DNA from: Nitrospirota bacterium
GTDB lineage: Bacteria; Nitrospirota; Nitrospiria; Nitrospirales; Nitrospiraceae
Direction: 5' to 3'
DNA length: 64,000 bases
Assembly (NCBI GenBank): GCA_963701855.1
Contig: CAVPBK010000009.1
Coordinates: forward strand, 128,001 to 192,000
Shown here one piece after another: positions 20,378-30,504 of the stretch (position 1 is the stretch's first letter; each line of letters starts with the position of its first letter). The translations under genes were made by a program, and so were the position numbers. The notes beneath the pieces were generated by a model. The model saw only the letters and a list, made by a program, of their open reading frames with translations, was not told where the DNA came from and searched no databases.

Positions 20378-20483
20378 CAGGCTCATCGGTAATCATCACG
20401 CATGTGTCATTTGCCAAACTCCATCAGGACGAACATGGTTTTCCACAACCTGCTTCTTGAACGATGGGAACGAATAGGAGTTT

Positions 20484-20499
20484 TGCAATGGCTATGCCA
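20484..20499 (-). promoter_or_regulatory. Sigma54 promoter for the fliL-fliA operon
   Basis: Minus strand TGGCATAGCCATTGCA (GG-N10-GC). Confidence 0.8.
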
Positions 20500-20613
20500 T
20501 CGGCAAATAAGTTCACGTGAACGCCGCATCATTCACAACAGTGCAATTGGCGTGTGAATACGATGGGCTGTGGCAGGAGAAACGATGCGGGCCACTGCCA
20601 GACGTTTGACGAT

Positions 20614-20627
20614 GTCAACAAAATGAC
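20614..20627. promoter_or_regulatory. Putative enhancer box for a sigma54 activator (GTCA-N6-TGAC)
   Basis: GTCAACAAAATGAC, about 115 bp upstream of the sigma54 site. The same palindrome occurs at 37069 and 38816. Confidence 0.55.
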
Positions 20628-20681
20628 GCCTGCTGGAGTCTGTGATCGAATGGACTGCTGTGTGGAAGAAGAAAGGAATCG

Positions 20682-20716
20682 AAGATCGGAGCGCCGTCAA
20701 ACGGCGCTCCGATCTT
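20682..20716 (-). terminator. Intrinsic terminator-like hairpin after flgE
   Basis: Perfect 16-bp stem AAGATCGGAGCGCCGT/ACGGCGCTCCGATCTT with a 3-nt loop, followed by a pyrimidine tract on the minus strand. Confidence 0.8.
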
Positions 20717-20730
20717 TCCAGAAAGAAAAT

Positions 20731-21957
20731 CTAGCGTTTGAGATTCACCAGAACCTGCAACATCTCATCACTCGTGGTAATCGCCTTTGAGTTGGCTTCA
20801 AACGCCCGCTGCGTGACAATCATATCGACGAATTCTTTGCCGAGATCTACGTTGGACTGTTCAACGGACCCGGCAACGAGACGACCCAGTCCATTATTCG
20901 TCGGCGTCCCTGCCAGTGGTGCGCCGGACTCTGTCGATTCGGCGAATGTATTATCGCCGGAATGGATTAGTCCGTTCGGATTGGTAAATCTGTCCAACAC
21001 GATCTGGGCCAGCACTCTGGTCTGACCATTGGAAAATTGCGCCACGACTTGACCCTGCGGATCGACCGACAAACTCTGAAACGACCCGGCGCTGAAGCCA
21101 TCTTGCGTTTGGTTCGTCAGATTCGACGCGGCACCATATTGCGTCATGGCTGAGAAATCCATCGCGACACTCTGTGGCGTGGCTGCCCCGCCGGTGATGG
21201 GTAATGAAAACGTTTGCGCGCCACCTGCTGTCAACACGCCGTTCGTATTGAAAGTCAAGTCGGTTTGTGCGGTGGCAGCGCCACCATCAACTTGAGAATA
21301 GAGGTTCCATGTATTAGCGGTTGCGGTTTGCACAAAGTACATCCGAAGCTGATGTTGCGCTCCAAGCGAGTCGTAAGTGGTCATACCGGTCGAAAAGTTA
21401 TAGGTGGTGGCATCTGTCACGTCAAACGCGACTGCCGGAGGCGTGGTGGCAGAATTGAGATTGGCTTGTACGTTTGCCTTACTGGTTGCCTGCGGGGCTA
21501 CTGTCGTGGTGGCCAGGGTGACGTTCCCGACCGCCCCTGTGATAACCCCGGTCGCCGACGCTTGATACCCCTGTAAGAGTCGCCCACTCGGGTCCACAAC
21601 CTCTCCGAGATTGTTCACTCGAAATTCTCCCGCACGGGAATAGAACTGCGCGCCTGCATTATCCCGCAACTGGAAAAATCCGTTTCCGTCGATGGCCAAA
21701 TCTAAGGTATTGCCCGTATTGGAGAGAGAACCCTGGGAAAAATTCGTCTGCACGTCGTTCAGAAAAACACCCAATCCAACCTGCTCACCGCCCGCCCCTG
21801 CGGCCAACGAGGCCGAAACCAGATCGGCAAATTCGGCGCGGCTCGACTTGTATCCCACCGTCCCAACGTTGGCTATATTGTTTCCAATGACGGACAACGC
21901 GTTGCCATAGGTATTTAGTCCGCTCACAGCTGTAAACATCGTGGTCAAAATTCCCAT
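20731..21957 (-). CDS. flgE: Flagellar hook protein
   Basis: Motifs VIGNNIANVGTVGYKSSR.EF.D, YDSLG..H and EQSNVDL.KEFVDMIVTQR.FEANSK. Confidence 0.97.
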   Translation of the reverse strand: MGILTTMFTAVSGLNTYGNALSVIGNNIANVGTVGYKSSRAEFADLVSASLAAGAGGEQVGLGVFLNDVQTNFSQGSLSNTGNTLDLAIDGNGFFQLRDNAGAQFYSRAGEFRVNNLGEVVDPSGRLLQGYQASATGVITGAVGNVTLATTTVAPQATSKANVQANLNSATTPPAVAFDVTDATTYNFSTGMTTYDSLGAQHQLRMYFVQTATANTWNLYSQVDGGAATAQTDLTFNTNGVLTAGGAQTFSLPITGGAATPQSVAMDFSAMTQYGAASNLTNQTQDGFSAGSFQSLSVDPQGQVVAQFSNGQTRVLAQIVLDRFTNPNGLIHSGDNTFAESTESGAPLAGTPTNNGLGRLVAGSVEQSNVDLGKEFVDMIVTQRAFEANSKAITTSDEMLQVLVNLKR

Positions 21958-22039
21958 GTCGAGTCTCCTTTGTTCATTACGAATTAATCTTCGTGTCCTT
22001 GCGAATCATGATCTTCATACTCGCTCAACCTGAATGCCG

Positions 22040-22321
22040 CTAGGCCTGAGTCTGGCTTTGTTGGGCCGGTTGAATCGCTGCTGCTTGCTGTAGCGCCACG
22101 CTTTGTTTCATTAAGTCCACAAGCTCGGTCATTTGATTCAACTGACTGAACTGCGCCGTCTGCGCAATGAAATCCTGATTGTCCATAGGCTTGAGTGGGT
22201 CTTGATTCTGAAGCTGTGTGACAAGGAGCTTCAAAAAATCATCTTGGCCGAGTGCTGTCGGATCCTTTGAGGGTGAAACGGGCGTTGCCGTGGAGTTCGT
22301 GAGGGCCGCGATGTCGATCAT
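22040..22321 (-). CDS. flgD: Hook capping protein FlgD, N-terminal domain only (93 aa)
   Basis: Motif [38 protein letters not shown]. Confidence 0.93.
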   Translation of the reverse strand: MIDIAALTNSTATPVSPSKDPTALGQDDFLKLLVTQLQNQDPLKPMDNQDFIAQTAQFSQLNQMTELVDLMKQSVALQQAAAIQPAQQSQTQA

Positions 22322-22367
22322 GACTTTGTCCTTTCTTTAAAAGAGATATCTGCGAATGTGTTTATGA

Positions 22368-23858
22368 CTATGCAAACAGGCTCAATGCACCTAGGGGCCG
22401 AAGATTGTGCCGTTCTCGATCTTGAGATTTTTGGTTGCGGCCGTCTGGCGCCGGCTGCTGCTCCGACTCTCCATTATTCCGTCGCGATTGACGATCCGGC
22501 AACGCCTCTTGTTGGCCTCGCTGATCGATGTGTACCTGAAACTGACCCAGTTCCAGTCCAGACTTGGCCAGACTTTGCTGAAGTTGATCCTGTCGCGTGA
22601 ACAGGAGTGCGCCGAGATCGTTTCGATCGGTGGTGAACTGCGTATGCACCATCTGGTCTGTCATGGAGATCCGCACGCTGAGCGGACCTGAGTCATGAGA
22701 TGGCAACTCCACATGAACGGTCTGAACTTTTCCAGGCGCCGACATCATGGTCGCCGAATGATCCTCACCGAGAAAAGTCTGTGTCATCTTGAGACGATCT
22801 GCCGCCGGCGTCACAACGGACGAACCCTCTCCCTGAGGCGGTGACTGTGACTGCAACGCCGACGTGAATTGGCCGTTAAAGAGCTGAGACTGATTTCCTC
22901 GCGTCCCCGATTCAGGCGCTCTACTTTCTTCGGAACGAAAGAAGGTTTCGCCTCCTGCTCCATGCGCATCAGTCCCGAATGGGTTTCGTTTCCCTCCCTC
23001 TCCAATCACAGAGGCCGATAGCGATTGACCCGGCAACGTGGCTGCGTAAGTCCCCTGCTCTTGGACCATCGCCAATGGCTGCATTCCTGGCAATGGCCGC
23101 TCAGGAGATTGAGTCACTACATTCACAGATGCGGCAGTAAATATTCTCGTCGCACCCTGGTCCTCTATAACAGGAGAGGACCCTTGTTCGGCAATCAGAG
23201 AGTCCTGCGGCGTCTTGGTGGGAAGAGTCGAGTTGGCGGACAGTTGTTCGAGGGGAACAGAAGGAAGAACGACTGGAGCGGTACGACTCTTTAGAATAGG
23301 TGATCCGTCCGTGGCTCGTGGAACCTCTTGTCTCGCAGGTGTTTCGCCAGAATGATCAAGATCAAGGGCCGGCGGAGGCAGGGAATCAGTGGAAGAGTCT
23401 GCGGTTTTTGGTAAATCGCCCGGCACAGCTTCCGTTCGTATCGTGAGATCCCCAGGAACCGTACCCACGCTCTGGCTCTGCGGGAGAAGAGGAATCGATT
23501 CGGTGCTCTGTACGCGAAGCTCCGTGACGCCCTCTAAAGACACGGCCTGGTCGGACACTGGACCAAGCGTCACAGGATGATCCTGCACAGGAGATAACGA
23601 CACCACCACAATACCGCTCAACACCGCTTCCGTAGCATGGTCGTTGGCTTCCGGCAACGAGGCTGATTCTATTGAATCGTCGGCATTGGAAACTGCGAGA
23701 TGCTGCTCGTCAGATAGACTCTGTACCACGTTCTTAAAAAGGTCAGAAAAGGTTCCAGTCTCAGAAGATTTCCGAAACTGATCTTTCTCACTCAACAGGC
23801 TCGAACTCGTTGGAGCAGCAGAACAGTCTGTCTGGGAAATAAGAAATCCAATATCCAT
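22368..23858 (-). CDS. fliK: Flagellar hook-length control protein
   Basis: Low-complexity Pro/Ser/Thr-rich N-terminus and a C-terminal L.PHDSG.L.VRI...F...L..L.Q.L...GL domain. Upstream of flgD. Confidence 0.85.
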   Translation of the reverse strand: MDIGFLISQTDCSAAPTSSSLLSEKDQFRKSSETGTFSDLFKNVVQSLSDEQHLAVSNADDSIESASLPEANDHATEAVLSGIVVVSLSPVQDHPVTLGPVSDQAVSLEGVTELRVQSTESIPLLPQSQSVGTVPGDLTIRTEAVPGDLPKTADSSTDSLPPPALDLDHSGETPARQEVPRATDGSPILKSRTAPVVLPSVPLEQLSANSTLPTKTPQDSLIAEQGSSPVIEDQGATRIFTAASVNVVTQSPERPLPGMQPLAMVQEQGTYAATLPGQSLSASVIGEGGKRNPFGTDAHGAGGETFFRSEESRAPESGTRGNQSQLFNGQFTSALQSQSPPQGEGSSVVTPAADRLKMTQTFLGEDHSATMMSAPGKVQTVHVELPSHDSGPLSVRISMTDQMVHTQFTTDRNDLGALLFTRQDQLQQSLAKSGLELGQFQVHIDQRGQQEALPDRQSRRNNGESEQQPAPDGRNQKSQDRERHNLRPLGALSLFA

Positions 23859-23917
23859 AGTGCCGATCGACCCCTTCGGCCTGTGCAAGGAAAATCTGAA
23901 CACTGGATCTGAGCATC

Positions 23918-23933
23918 TTCAAGCTCTATGCCA
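23918..23933 (-). promoter_or_regulatory. Sigma54-like promoter (variant -12) upstream of fliK
   Basis: Minus strand TGGCATAGAGCTTGAA (GG-N10-GA). Confidence 0.5.
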
Positions 23934-24206
23934 TGTCAAATATCATGAGATATGTCATTCGGCGTGGAGTTGGCACAGGGACCGAGATCTAACGGAAGGA
24001 AACTAGGAAGAAGATGCAGGGTGCCCAGGCAAAATTTTCCATGTCGACGGAAAGAAGCTGGCAGCAAGATCTGGCTGGTTCATCTGGTTGCTCTAAATCA
24101 ACCAAACACATAAGACAAATCGAACAAGGGTCTTCTTATGCTGGCAGACTATATCCAGCATTCTGGCAGGAACTTGTCCGACATGACCTTGCCACAGTAG
24201 CAGAGG

Positions 24207-24980
24207 TCAATGTCGAGCAGGCTCCTGAGGAGCTGTAACAAATTCTTCAGTCAATTTCGCTGCACGATCGGCTTTCACCTGTGCCAGAATAGCCCCTGCC
24301 GATTTACTCTTAAGGAGGCGAAGAATTTCCAGCGCTTTCCGATCTGTCATTCGCTCGATTCGCGCAGCAGCCTCCTCTGCAGGCATACTTTCATACATCT
24401 TTACCAGCTGCCCCAACTGCAGCGTGCGTTTGTCAGCCGCTTGTTTGCCGCGTGAAGCTTGTGCACCCCCGACAGCTTTTTCCTGTTCGAGGCGACGCTT
24501 TTCTATCGCTTCGATTTTGCTCAATATCTGCTCAACTTCAGCTTTTAGAATCGCTACCTGCCCCTCTGCCGCCCGAACCGCTTTCTCTCGATGCTCCAAA
24601 TCCTGCTTCCGCTGCTGAAACAAGGCAACTATTTCCTCCGGCACAGTGAGCGCTGGTCCTTGGAGTGGTTCTGCTATCGGCGCGGGTAATTCGCCTCCTG
24701 ATTCCTTGATCTGATCAGCCGATACCGACACCGGCGAAACATCTTCGGCGTGAGCCGAAACAGGCATTCCCATCGAAAACCGCTGCGGCTCCAGACCCTG
24801 CCCCGCCGAAACCTGGACGAGTTGAATCATCGTCCAGATCAACGCGCTCATGACACAAACTCTGGCACCGGCTGCCCACAACCGGCCGCTCCACGCAGGG
24901 CGCTCAAACCGGTTTGTTTTGTATATCTGGTTTGTCTGGTTCATGTGGTTGATCTGGTTTCTCCGGTCGGTCTGGTTCAA
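24207..24980 (-). CDS. MotE/FlbB-like flagellar protein (coiled coil plus MgtE-N-like domain); start uncertain
   Basis: Motif LVKMYESMPAEEAAARIERM....A.EIL..LK.K.AGAILA. Usual position after fliJ. Confidence 0.8.
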   Translation of the reverse strand: MNQTDRRNQINHMNQTNQIYKTNRFERPAWSGRLWAAGARVCVMSALIWTMIQLVQVSAGQGLEPQRFSMGMPVSAHAEDVSPVSVSADQIKESGGELPAPIAEPLQGPALTVPEEIVALFQQRKQDLEHREKAVRAAEGQVAILKAEVEQILSKIEAIEKRRLEQEKAVGGAQASRGKQAADKRTLQLGQLVKMYESMPAEEAAARIERMTDRKALEILRLLKSKSAGAILAQVKADRAAKLTEEFVTAPQEPARH

Positions 24981-25016
24981 TCAAGCAAAATAACGATTTT
25001 CCTGGCGCGTATGTAA

Positions 25017-25439
25017 TCAGAGCACAGTCGTGCGACGTGCCGCCTCATCCATTTCCAGTTGATCGATTCTGTGTTGTACAAGATGCTGTTGCAGCCGCAT
25101 GCGTTCAGCCAGACGATCGAGTGTGCGGCGATCTTGCATGGCTTCGCGTAATTCATCCTGTTTTTGACTCCATGTCCTATTAAGTCTCACCTCCTCCTGG
25201 CGAGCTTGCGCCAATAAGGATGTCCCGGCCTGAAAGCGGGACTGCCACACCAGAAATTCATCCAGCGCCAGTTCTCCGCCGGCCTTGAGCAGGTATGCAT
25301 CTGTCGTAAGCCTCATATGCTCATCAAGCAGACGCGATCGCGTTTCTGCATCCTGAAGCTCCTGACGCAGTTGGAAAAGATCCATCCGCGCGACCTCTTC
25401 CACCTGGGCCCGATAGCGTCTCAACACATCGAGTTTCAT
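25017..25439 (-). CDS. fliJ: Flagellar export chaperone FliJ
   Basis: 140-aa coiled coil directly after fliI, with MKLD.LRRYR...EE and DQLEMDE.A. Confidence 0.85.
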   Translation of the reverse strand: MKLDVLRRYRAQVEEVARMDLFQLRQELQDAETRSRLLDEHMRLTTDAYLLKAGGELALDEFLVWQSRFQAGTSLLAQARQEEVRLNRTWSQKQDELREAMQDRRTLDRLAERMRLQQHLVQHRIDQLEMDEAARRTTVL

Positions 25440-26743
25440 GCTGTCGCCTTCACCAGGGTGAGTAATTCTTGGATCGAGGCGCCAATCGAGACGGATTGCT
25501 CGATATCCTGTCGAAGAAAGGCATTCATGCTATCTTGAGCCGCCACGGCTTTGTCGAGATCGCGATTGGTGCCCGCCTTATACGCGCCAAGCAGGATGAG
25601 ATCCTCAGATTGCTGATACCGTGCCTGAAGCTCGATCATGGACCGGACTGCCGCATAGTGATCACGCCCCACGATGTCTTTCATCACCCGGCTGGTACTA
25701 TTTAAGAGGTCAATCGCCGGAAAATGGTTGCGCGCGGCCAACTGCCTCGAGAGCACAATGTGGCCGTCTAGAATCGACCGGACCGTTTCTGCGATGGGGT
25801 CGGAGAGTTCATCACTCTCCATGAGAACCGTATAGAGCCCAGTGATAGCGCCGGAACCGGGACCGGTCCCGACTCGTTCCAGAAGCTTGGGCAACATCGT
25901 AAAGACGGAAGGGGTATATCCCTTTGTAGTCGGCGGTTCCCCGATGGCGAGTCCGACTTCTCGTTGACTATGGGCCAGGCGGGTGAGTGAATCCATCATC
26001 AGGAGAACCTGCCTGCCACAGTCGCGGAAATACTCTGCAATCGTCGTCGCAATCAACGCGCCTCGTAATCGCACTAACGGTGGCTGGTCCGATGTCGCCA
26101 CGATTACCACCGAGCGGTTGAGCGCTTCAGGAGTCAAATCGCGCTCCAGAAATTCATTGACTTCTCGTCCACGCTCGCCAATGAGGGCGATGACATTCAC
26201 GTCGGCCTTCGTGTAGCGGCTGATCATCCCGAGCAACACACTTTTCCCGACACCGGAACTGGCAAAGATGCCTACCTTCTGACCACGGCCACACGTGAGG
26301 CAGGCGTTGATCGCTCGGATCCCCAGATCAAGCGGTTCTACGATACGCGTTCTCTTCAGGGGATTGATCGGCGCAGCATGCAAGGGATATCGGTCTTCGG
26401 TCTCGAGGGGACCGCGCCCATCTAACGGCTCGCCAAGCCCGTTTAGCACCCGTCCTAGCAGCTGTTGGCCGACCGGAACCGAAGCACAGTGGCCTTTCAA
26501 GAGCAGCCGGCTGTCAGGGCCGATCCCGCGCATCTCACCGAGCGGCATCAGCAACACACGATCGCCGCGAAACCCCACCACCTCGGCCGGCACCGTTCCC
26601 TCTCCATCCTCGCGCGTGACATCGCACAGCTCCCCGACCGATGTCATGGGACCATAGCCTTCAATCACAATCCCAACGGCCTGCGCCACACGGCCCGAGA
26701 CCGCAAGAGGGTCTGCCTGTTCAATAAGGTCGACGAGATTCAC
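25436..26743 (-). CDS. fliI: Flagellar export ATPase
   Basis: Motifs ASSGVGKS, IGERGREV, DSLTR, GEPP..KGY.PSVF and RSILDGHIVLSR. Start placed at the GTG at 26743. Confidence 0.98.
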   Translation of the reverse strand: MNLVDLIEQADPLAVSGRVAQAVGIVIEGYGPMTSVGELCDVTREDGEGTVPAEVVGFRGDRVLLMPLGEMRGIGPDSRLLLKGHCASVPVGQQLLGRVLNGLGEPLDGRGPLETEDRYPLHAAPINPLKRTRIVEPLDLGIRAINACLTCGRGQKVGIFASSGVGKSVLLGMISRYTKADVNVIALIGERGREVNEFLERDLTPEALNRSVVIVATSDQPPLVRLRGALIATTIAEYFRDCGRQVLLMMDSLTRLAHSQREVGLAIGEPPTTKGYTPSVFTMLPKLLERVGTGPGSGAITGLYTVLMESDELSDPIAETVRSILDGHIVLSRQLAARNHFPAIDLLNSTSRVMKDIVGRDHYAAVRSMIELQARYQQSEDLILLGAYKAGTNRDLDKAVAAQDSMNAFLRQDIEQSVSIGASIQELLTLVKATA

Positions 26744-27779
26744 GGCGGCCTCGTTTCTGTAAAGTCTCTCCAAGTCGCAGCAACTGCTGGTCCAGTGAGG
26801 CATCAACCAGTCGATTCGTTGATTGCACGACACAGCTTCCGCGCGAGAGAGACGAATCGCCTTCGATATGCATTGTAAAAGCCGGTGGCCGATCGCGGCA
26901 CAACTCTACACGAGCCGCCTCCAGGACGGGGGCGTCGGACGGATGCGTTCGCACAGTGACGATACCCGCCTCGCGAACCGTCGCTAAGGCCGACTTCAGC
27001 AATGCAGTCACGGCATCCTGTCGTTCGATAATTGTATCGCGCAGAATGCGCGTCGCCAGGCTGAAGGCCAGCGCCGTCACGTCATCTTCGACGGTCTGAT
27101 GCAGCGATGCCCGTGTGTCATCAAGGCGACGAACTGCGTCGGCCAAGAGCATCTGCTCCTGTTGTCTGGTAGCCACGACTCGCGCGTCTGCTCGTCGTTC
27201 ACCCTCTGCAATACCTTGATCGTAGTCCGAAAGACCCTGGTCGCCGACAAATCGATCGCCGGTGCCGAAATCCGTCAACGCTAAACTGCGGCAGCGAATG
27301 CCTGAGGCACGAATCACCGCCTGCTTAAGAACTGTATTCTCTGAGCGCAGGTGATACAGGTCGAGGAGGCGATTCACGGTCAGCTGCAGTGCCTCGGTTT
27401 CGAATGGCTTCATCAGAAACTCCGCCGCTCCTGCCTTCATCGCCTGAACCGCGAGATCCACGGTGCCATATCCGGTCATTACCAGCCCCATCAGGCGGTG
27501 ATCAAGCTCACAGGCCTGCTGGAGCAGCGCGATACCGTCTTGGTCCGGCAATTTGACGTCGGTGATCAGAAGCGAGACGGGAGACTCTTTTAATGCCGCA
27601 TAGGCTTCCCGTGCGGACCCAACCGCGCGCACACGATGCCCTGCCTGTTGCAGCAGCTTCATTAAGAGTTCTCGAATCGCCTCCTCATCGTCGACGACTA
27701 AGATTGAACTATTTCGTCGCCCGTTTGAGCTGAGGGATGGCTGGGTGAGTATCGACTGACCGTTCGCAGCCCGTTCCAT
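26721..27779 (-). CDS. fliH: FliH with an N-terminal response-regulator receiver domain
   Basis: N-terminal half has ILVVDDE, LITD, MTGYG and KPF (complete receiver). C-terminal half has QGIAEG, VRTHPSD and D.SL.RG.C.VQS....VDAS...QL (FliH). Lies between fliG and fliI. Confidence 0.88.
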   Translation of the reverse strand: MERAANGQSILTQPSLSSNGRRNSSILVVDDEEAIRELLMKLLQQAGHRVRAVGSAREAYAALKESPVSLLITDVKLPDQDGIALLQQACELDHRLMGLVMTGYGTVDLAVQAMKAGAAEFLMKPFETEALQLTVNRLLDLYHLRSENTVLKQAVIRASGIRCRSLALTDFGTGDRFVGDQGLSDYDQGIAEGERRADARVVATRQQEQMLLADAVRRLDDTRASLHQTVEDDVTALAFSLATRILRDTIIERQDAVTALLKSALATVREAGIVTVRTHPSDAPVLEAARVELCRDRPPAFTMHIEGDSSLSRGSCVVQSTNRLVDASLDQQLLRLGETLQKRGRRESRRPY

Positions 27780-28778
27780 TTACAACATCGCCTCCTCTCC
27801 ACCAGCGCCGGCGATGACAATGCGCCCTTCCTCTTCAAGTTTCCGGCAAACTTTGAGTATATTCTGCTGCGCCTTCTCAACATCCGACACCTTCATCGGT
27901 CCCCTTGCCTCCATGTCGTCTTTCAGCATCTCCGACGCCCGGCTCGACATGTTTTTCAGAAACTTCTCCTTGGTTTCCGGACTCGCTCCACGCAACGCCA
28001 CAGGAAGATCCTCTTTACTGACCTCTTTCAGCAACTCTTGCATGCCACGGTCATCGAGCTTAATCAGATCGTCGAAGACGAACATCAACTCTCGGATCGT
28101 ATCGGCCAATTGCGGATTGCGTTCGGCGATTTTCGACATGATGCCCCCCTCCGTGGCTTTGTCGAGGGTCGTAAGAATATCGGCGATCGATTCAGCACCT
28201 CCGACACTTGTCGCACGAGTGCCGGCACTCGCGATGAGTGAACTCTGCAACGCGTCGCTGAGTTCCTCGAGCACGCTCGGCTGCAAGGTCTCCATTGTGG
28301 CAAGGCGCAAGGCCACATCCACGCGGAGGGCTTCGGGCAAGTCGACCATGACGACGCCGGCCTGATCCGGATCCATATGCGCAAGGATCACGGAGATTGT
28401 CTGGGGATGCTCAGTTTTGATCATCTGTGAAACGGTTTTTGCATCGACCCATTTCATCGCATCGAGCCCCGGATACACCTTGCTGGTCATGGACTCAAGC
28501 ATACGATTTGCTTTTTCAGGGCCAAGTGCCTTGGACAGAATGGTTTTAATGTAGTCACTTCCATGAAACGTCACGTCACCACTTGCACTTGCCTTCTCAA
28601 ATTCATCGATAACGATCGATTCCTCTTCCCTGGTGATATTCGCCGTCGTATTCATAAACGCACCCAATCGACGAATCTCCTTAGGATCAAGGTTCTTCAT
28701 CACCGACGCAGCGGCGTCCTCCCCGATCGCTTTCAGGAGAATGGCTGCCTTTTGCTCGCCGCTGAGTTGCGTGGCCAT
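27780..28778 (-). CDS. fliG: Flagellar motor switch protein FliG
   Basis: Motifs G.QKAAILL, EHPQTI..ILAH, MFVFDD, NMS.RA and DVEKAQQ.I. Confidence 0.98.
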   Translation of the reverse strand: MATQLSGEQKAAILLKAIGEDAAASVMKNLDPKEIRRLGAFMNTTANITREEESIVIDEFEKASASGDVTFHGSDYIKTILSKALGPEKANRMLESMTSKVYPGLDAMKWVDAKTVSQMIKTEHPQTISVILAHMDPDQAGVVMVDLPEALRVDVALRLATMETLQPSVLEELSDALQSSLIASAGTRATSVGGAESIADILTTLDKATEGGIMSKIAERNPQLADTIRELMFVFDDLIKLDDRGMQELLKEVSKEDLPVALRGASPETKEKFLKNMSSRASEMLKDDMEARGPMKVSDVEKAQQNILKVCRKLEEEGRIVIAGAGGEEAML

Positions 28779-28794
28779 CGCTACATGTGCCTCA

Positions 28795-30351
28795 CTAGCT
28801 GGTCTTCAACCATTGCTTGACGACCAGCGCCGTGTTATCAGGATTGCCTCGAGCCATGTCGACGATCTGTGAGCGGGGCTTTCCCGTCAAGGATGCTTCG
28901 ACCTGGCTGACCGAAGCGGGAAGCGGCGGCGTAGAGCCTTCAGCCGATGACCCAGCCGTCCCCAGCATTGCCATCAAGGGACGCACCACCATGAAGAGGA
29001 TCAGGAGAAAGAGGCCTCCTCCAACCCCGTATCGAATGTAGGGGGTGAAGGAACTGGCCGTCTCTGCCGCAGCCTCAACACCTTGCCCAGAAGGCTCTTC
29101 CGTTGCAATGTCGAATTGTACGTTGGTGACCTGTACTTGATCCTGCCGCTCTGCCGAATAACCCATGGCTTTTTTGACGATCTCTTCGATGCGCTTCATG
29201 TCTTCTTCCGGTCGCGCCGTATACTTCTTCGCCGTATCGCTTGCGGCCTTCCCTGCTTCGGACGGCGCAGCCGTTTCGTAGATGCCGTCCACCAGCACCG
29301 CTACGGAAAGTTGCTTGATGCTTCCGCTGGACTCCACGACTCGGGAAACCGTCCGGCTGATTTCGTAATTCACGGTTTCGTTCTTCGTCTGATTGTTGTT
29401 CGAACTCGTTTGAACCGGCTCCTGGCCTGCCCCCTCCGGGAGATTCGATTGGACGCCAGGTACGCCACCAGATGATACACCGTTGACCCCATTGGCCTTT
29501 TCCTGGCCGCGCTGTTCACTCCGAACGACTTGACTGTTCGGATCGTACCGCTCTTCCGTTGTTTCCACTTTGCGGAAGTCGAGAATGCTGGATACCCGCA
29601 CCACGGCTTTATTTGCTCCGACGATTCGTTCCAACATTGTTTGAATGCGCGTCTCGATATCCTTTTCAACCGTCCGCTGGTATTCCAGCTGCGACCCGGT
29701 GAGCCCCGTGGCGTCGTCGCCCCCAGCTGCCGATGAAAGGAGCCGTCCATGCCCATCCACCACGGTGACATCTTTGACTTGCAGGCCCTCGACGCTGCTC
29801 GATACGAGGTGAACGATCCCATTCACTTGTGTCTTGGCAAGCGCTTGTCCATTCCGCAATGACAGGACGACCGAGGCTCGCGCCCTATTCTCATCGTTGG
29901 AAAACAATCGCCGTTCCGGTGTGGCGAGATGGACGCGGGCTCGCTCTATCTCCGGCATTTGCGCAATGGTCCGTGCCAGCTCTCCTTGTAACGCACGACG
30001 ATAATTGAGTTTTTGGACAAAATCGGACATGCCGATCGATGATCGATCGAAAATTTCAAAACCTACTCCGCCCCCATGAGGAAGCCCCTGGGTGGCCAAC
30101 TGCAATCGCATCTCATGGACTTGGGCACTGGGAACAAGAATGGTGTTGCCGCCGCCGGTCGTCTCATACGGCACTTTCGTCTCTTTCAGTTTATCCACAA
30201 TCCCTGCCGCATCCTCCGGATTGAGATTTGTGAACAGGACCTGCATATCGGGTTGTTGCGTCCACAGGGCGATAGCGATGAGACCAGCAATAGAGCCTGC
30301 AAGCGCAACCAGAACGATCATGCGTTGATTGATGGAAAACTTAGACAGCAT
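28795..30351 (-). CDS. fliF: Flagellar MS-ring protein
   Basis: Two transmembrane helices, with GFEIFD, NY.RALQGELARTI, ARVHL and NYEIS. Confidence 0.98.
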   Translation of the reverse strand: MLSKFSINQRMIVLVALAGSIAGLIAIALWTQQPDMQVLFTNLNPEDAAGIVDKLKETKVPYETTGGGNTILVPSAQVHEMRLQLATQGLPHGGGVGFEIFDRSSIGMSDFVQKLNYRRALQGELARTIAQMPEIERARVHLATPERRLFSNDENRARASVVLSLRNGQALAKTQVNGIVHLVSSSVEGLQVKDVTVVDGHGRLLSSAAGGDDATGLTGSQLEYQRTVEKDIETRIQTMLERIVGANKAVVRVSSILDFRKVETTEERYDPNSQVVRSEQRGQEKANGVNGVSSGGVPGVQSNLPEGAGQEPVQTSSNNNQTKNETVNYEISRTVSRVVESSGSIKQLSVAVLVDGIYETAAPSEAGKAASDTAKKYTARPEEDMKRIEEIVKKAMGYSAERQDQVQVTNVQFDIATEEPSGQGVEAAAETASSFTPYIRYGVGGGLFLLILFMVVRPLMAMLGTAGSSAEGSTPPLPASVSQVEASLTGKPRSQIVDMARGNPDNTALVVKQWLKTS

Positions 30352-30504
30352 GGGTGATCTTGCTCCTAGCTAACCGACATGGACTTGTCCCGGTATTTCA
30401 TGCTGCAAAATTCTTGTCTCTAGATTCACGTTTTTACTTCTTCGCTTTAAATTGCTGAAACTCCAAGGTTGAAGCTGAAGCACGAACCAGTAACTCCACT
30501 CCCG

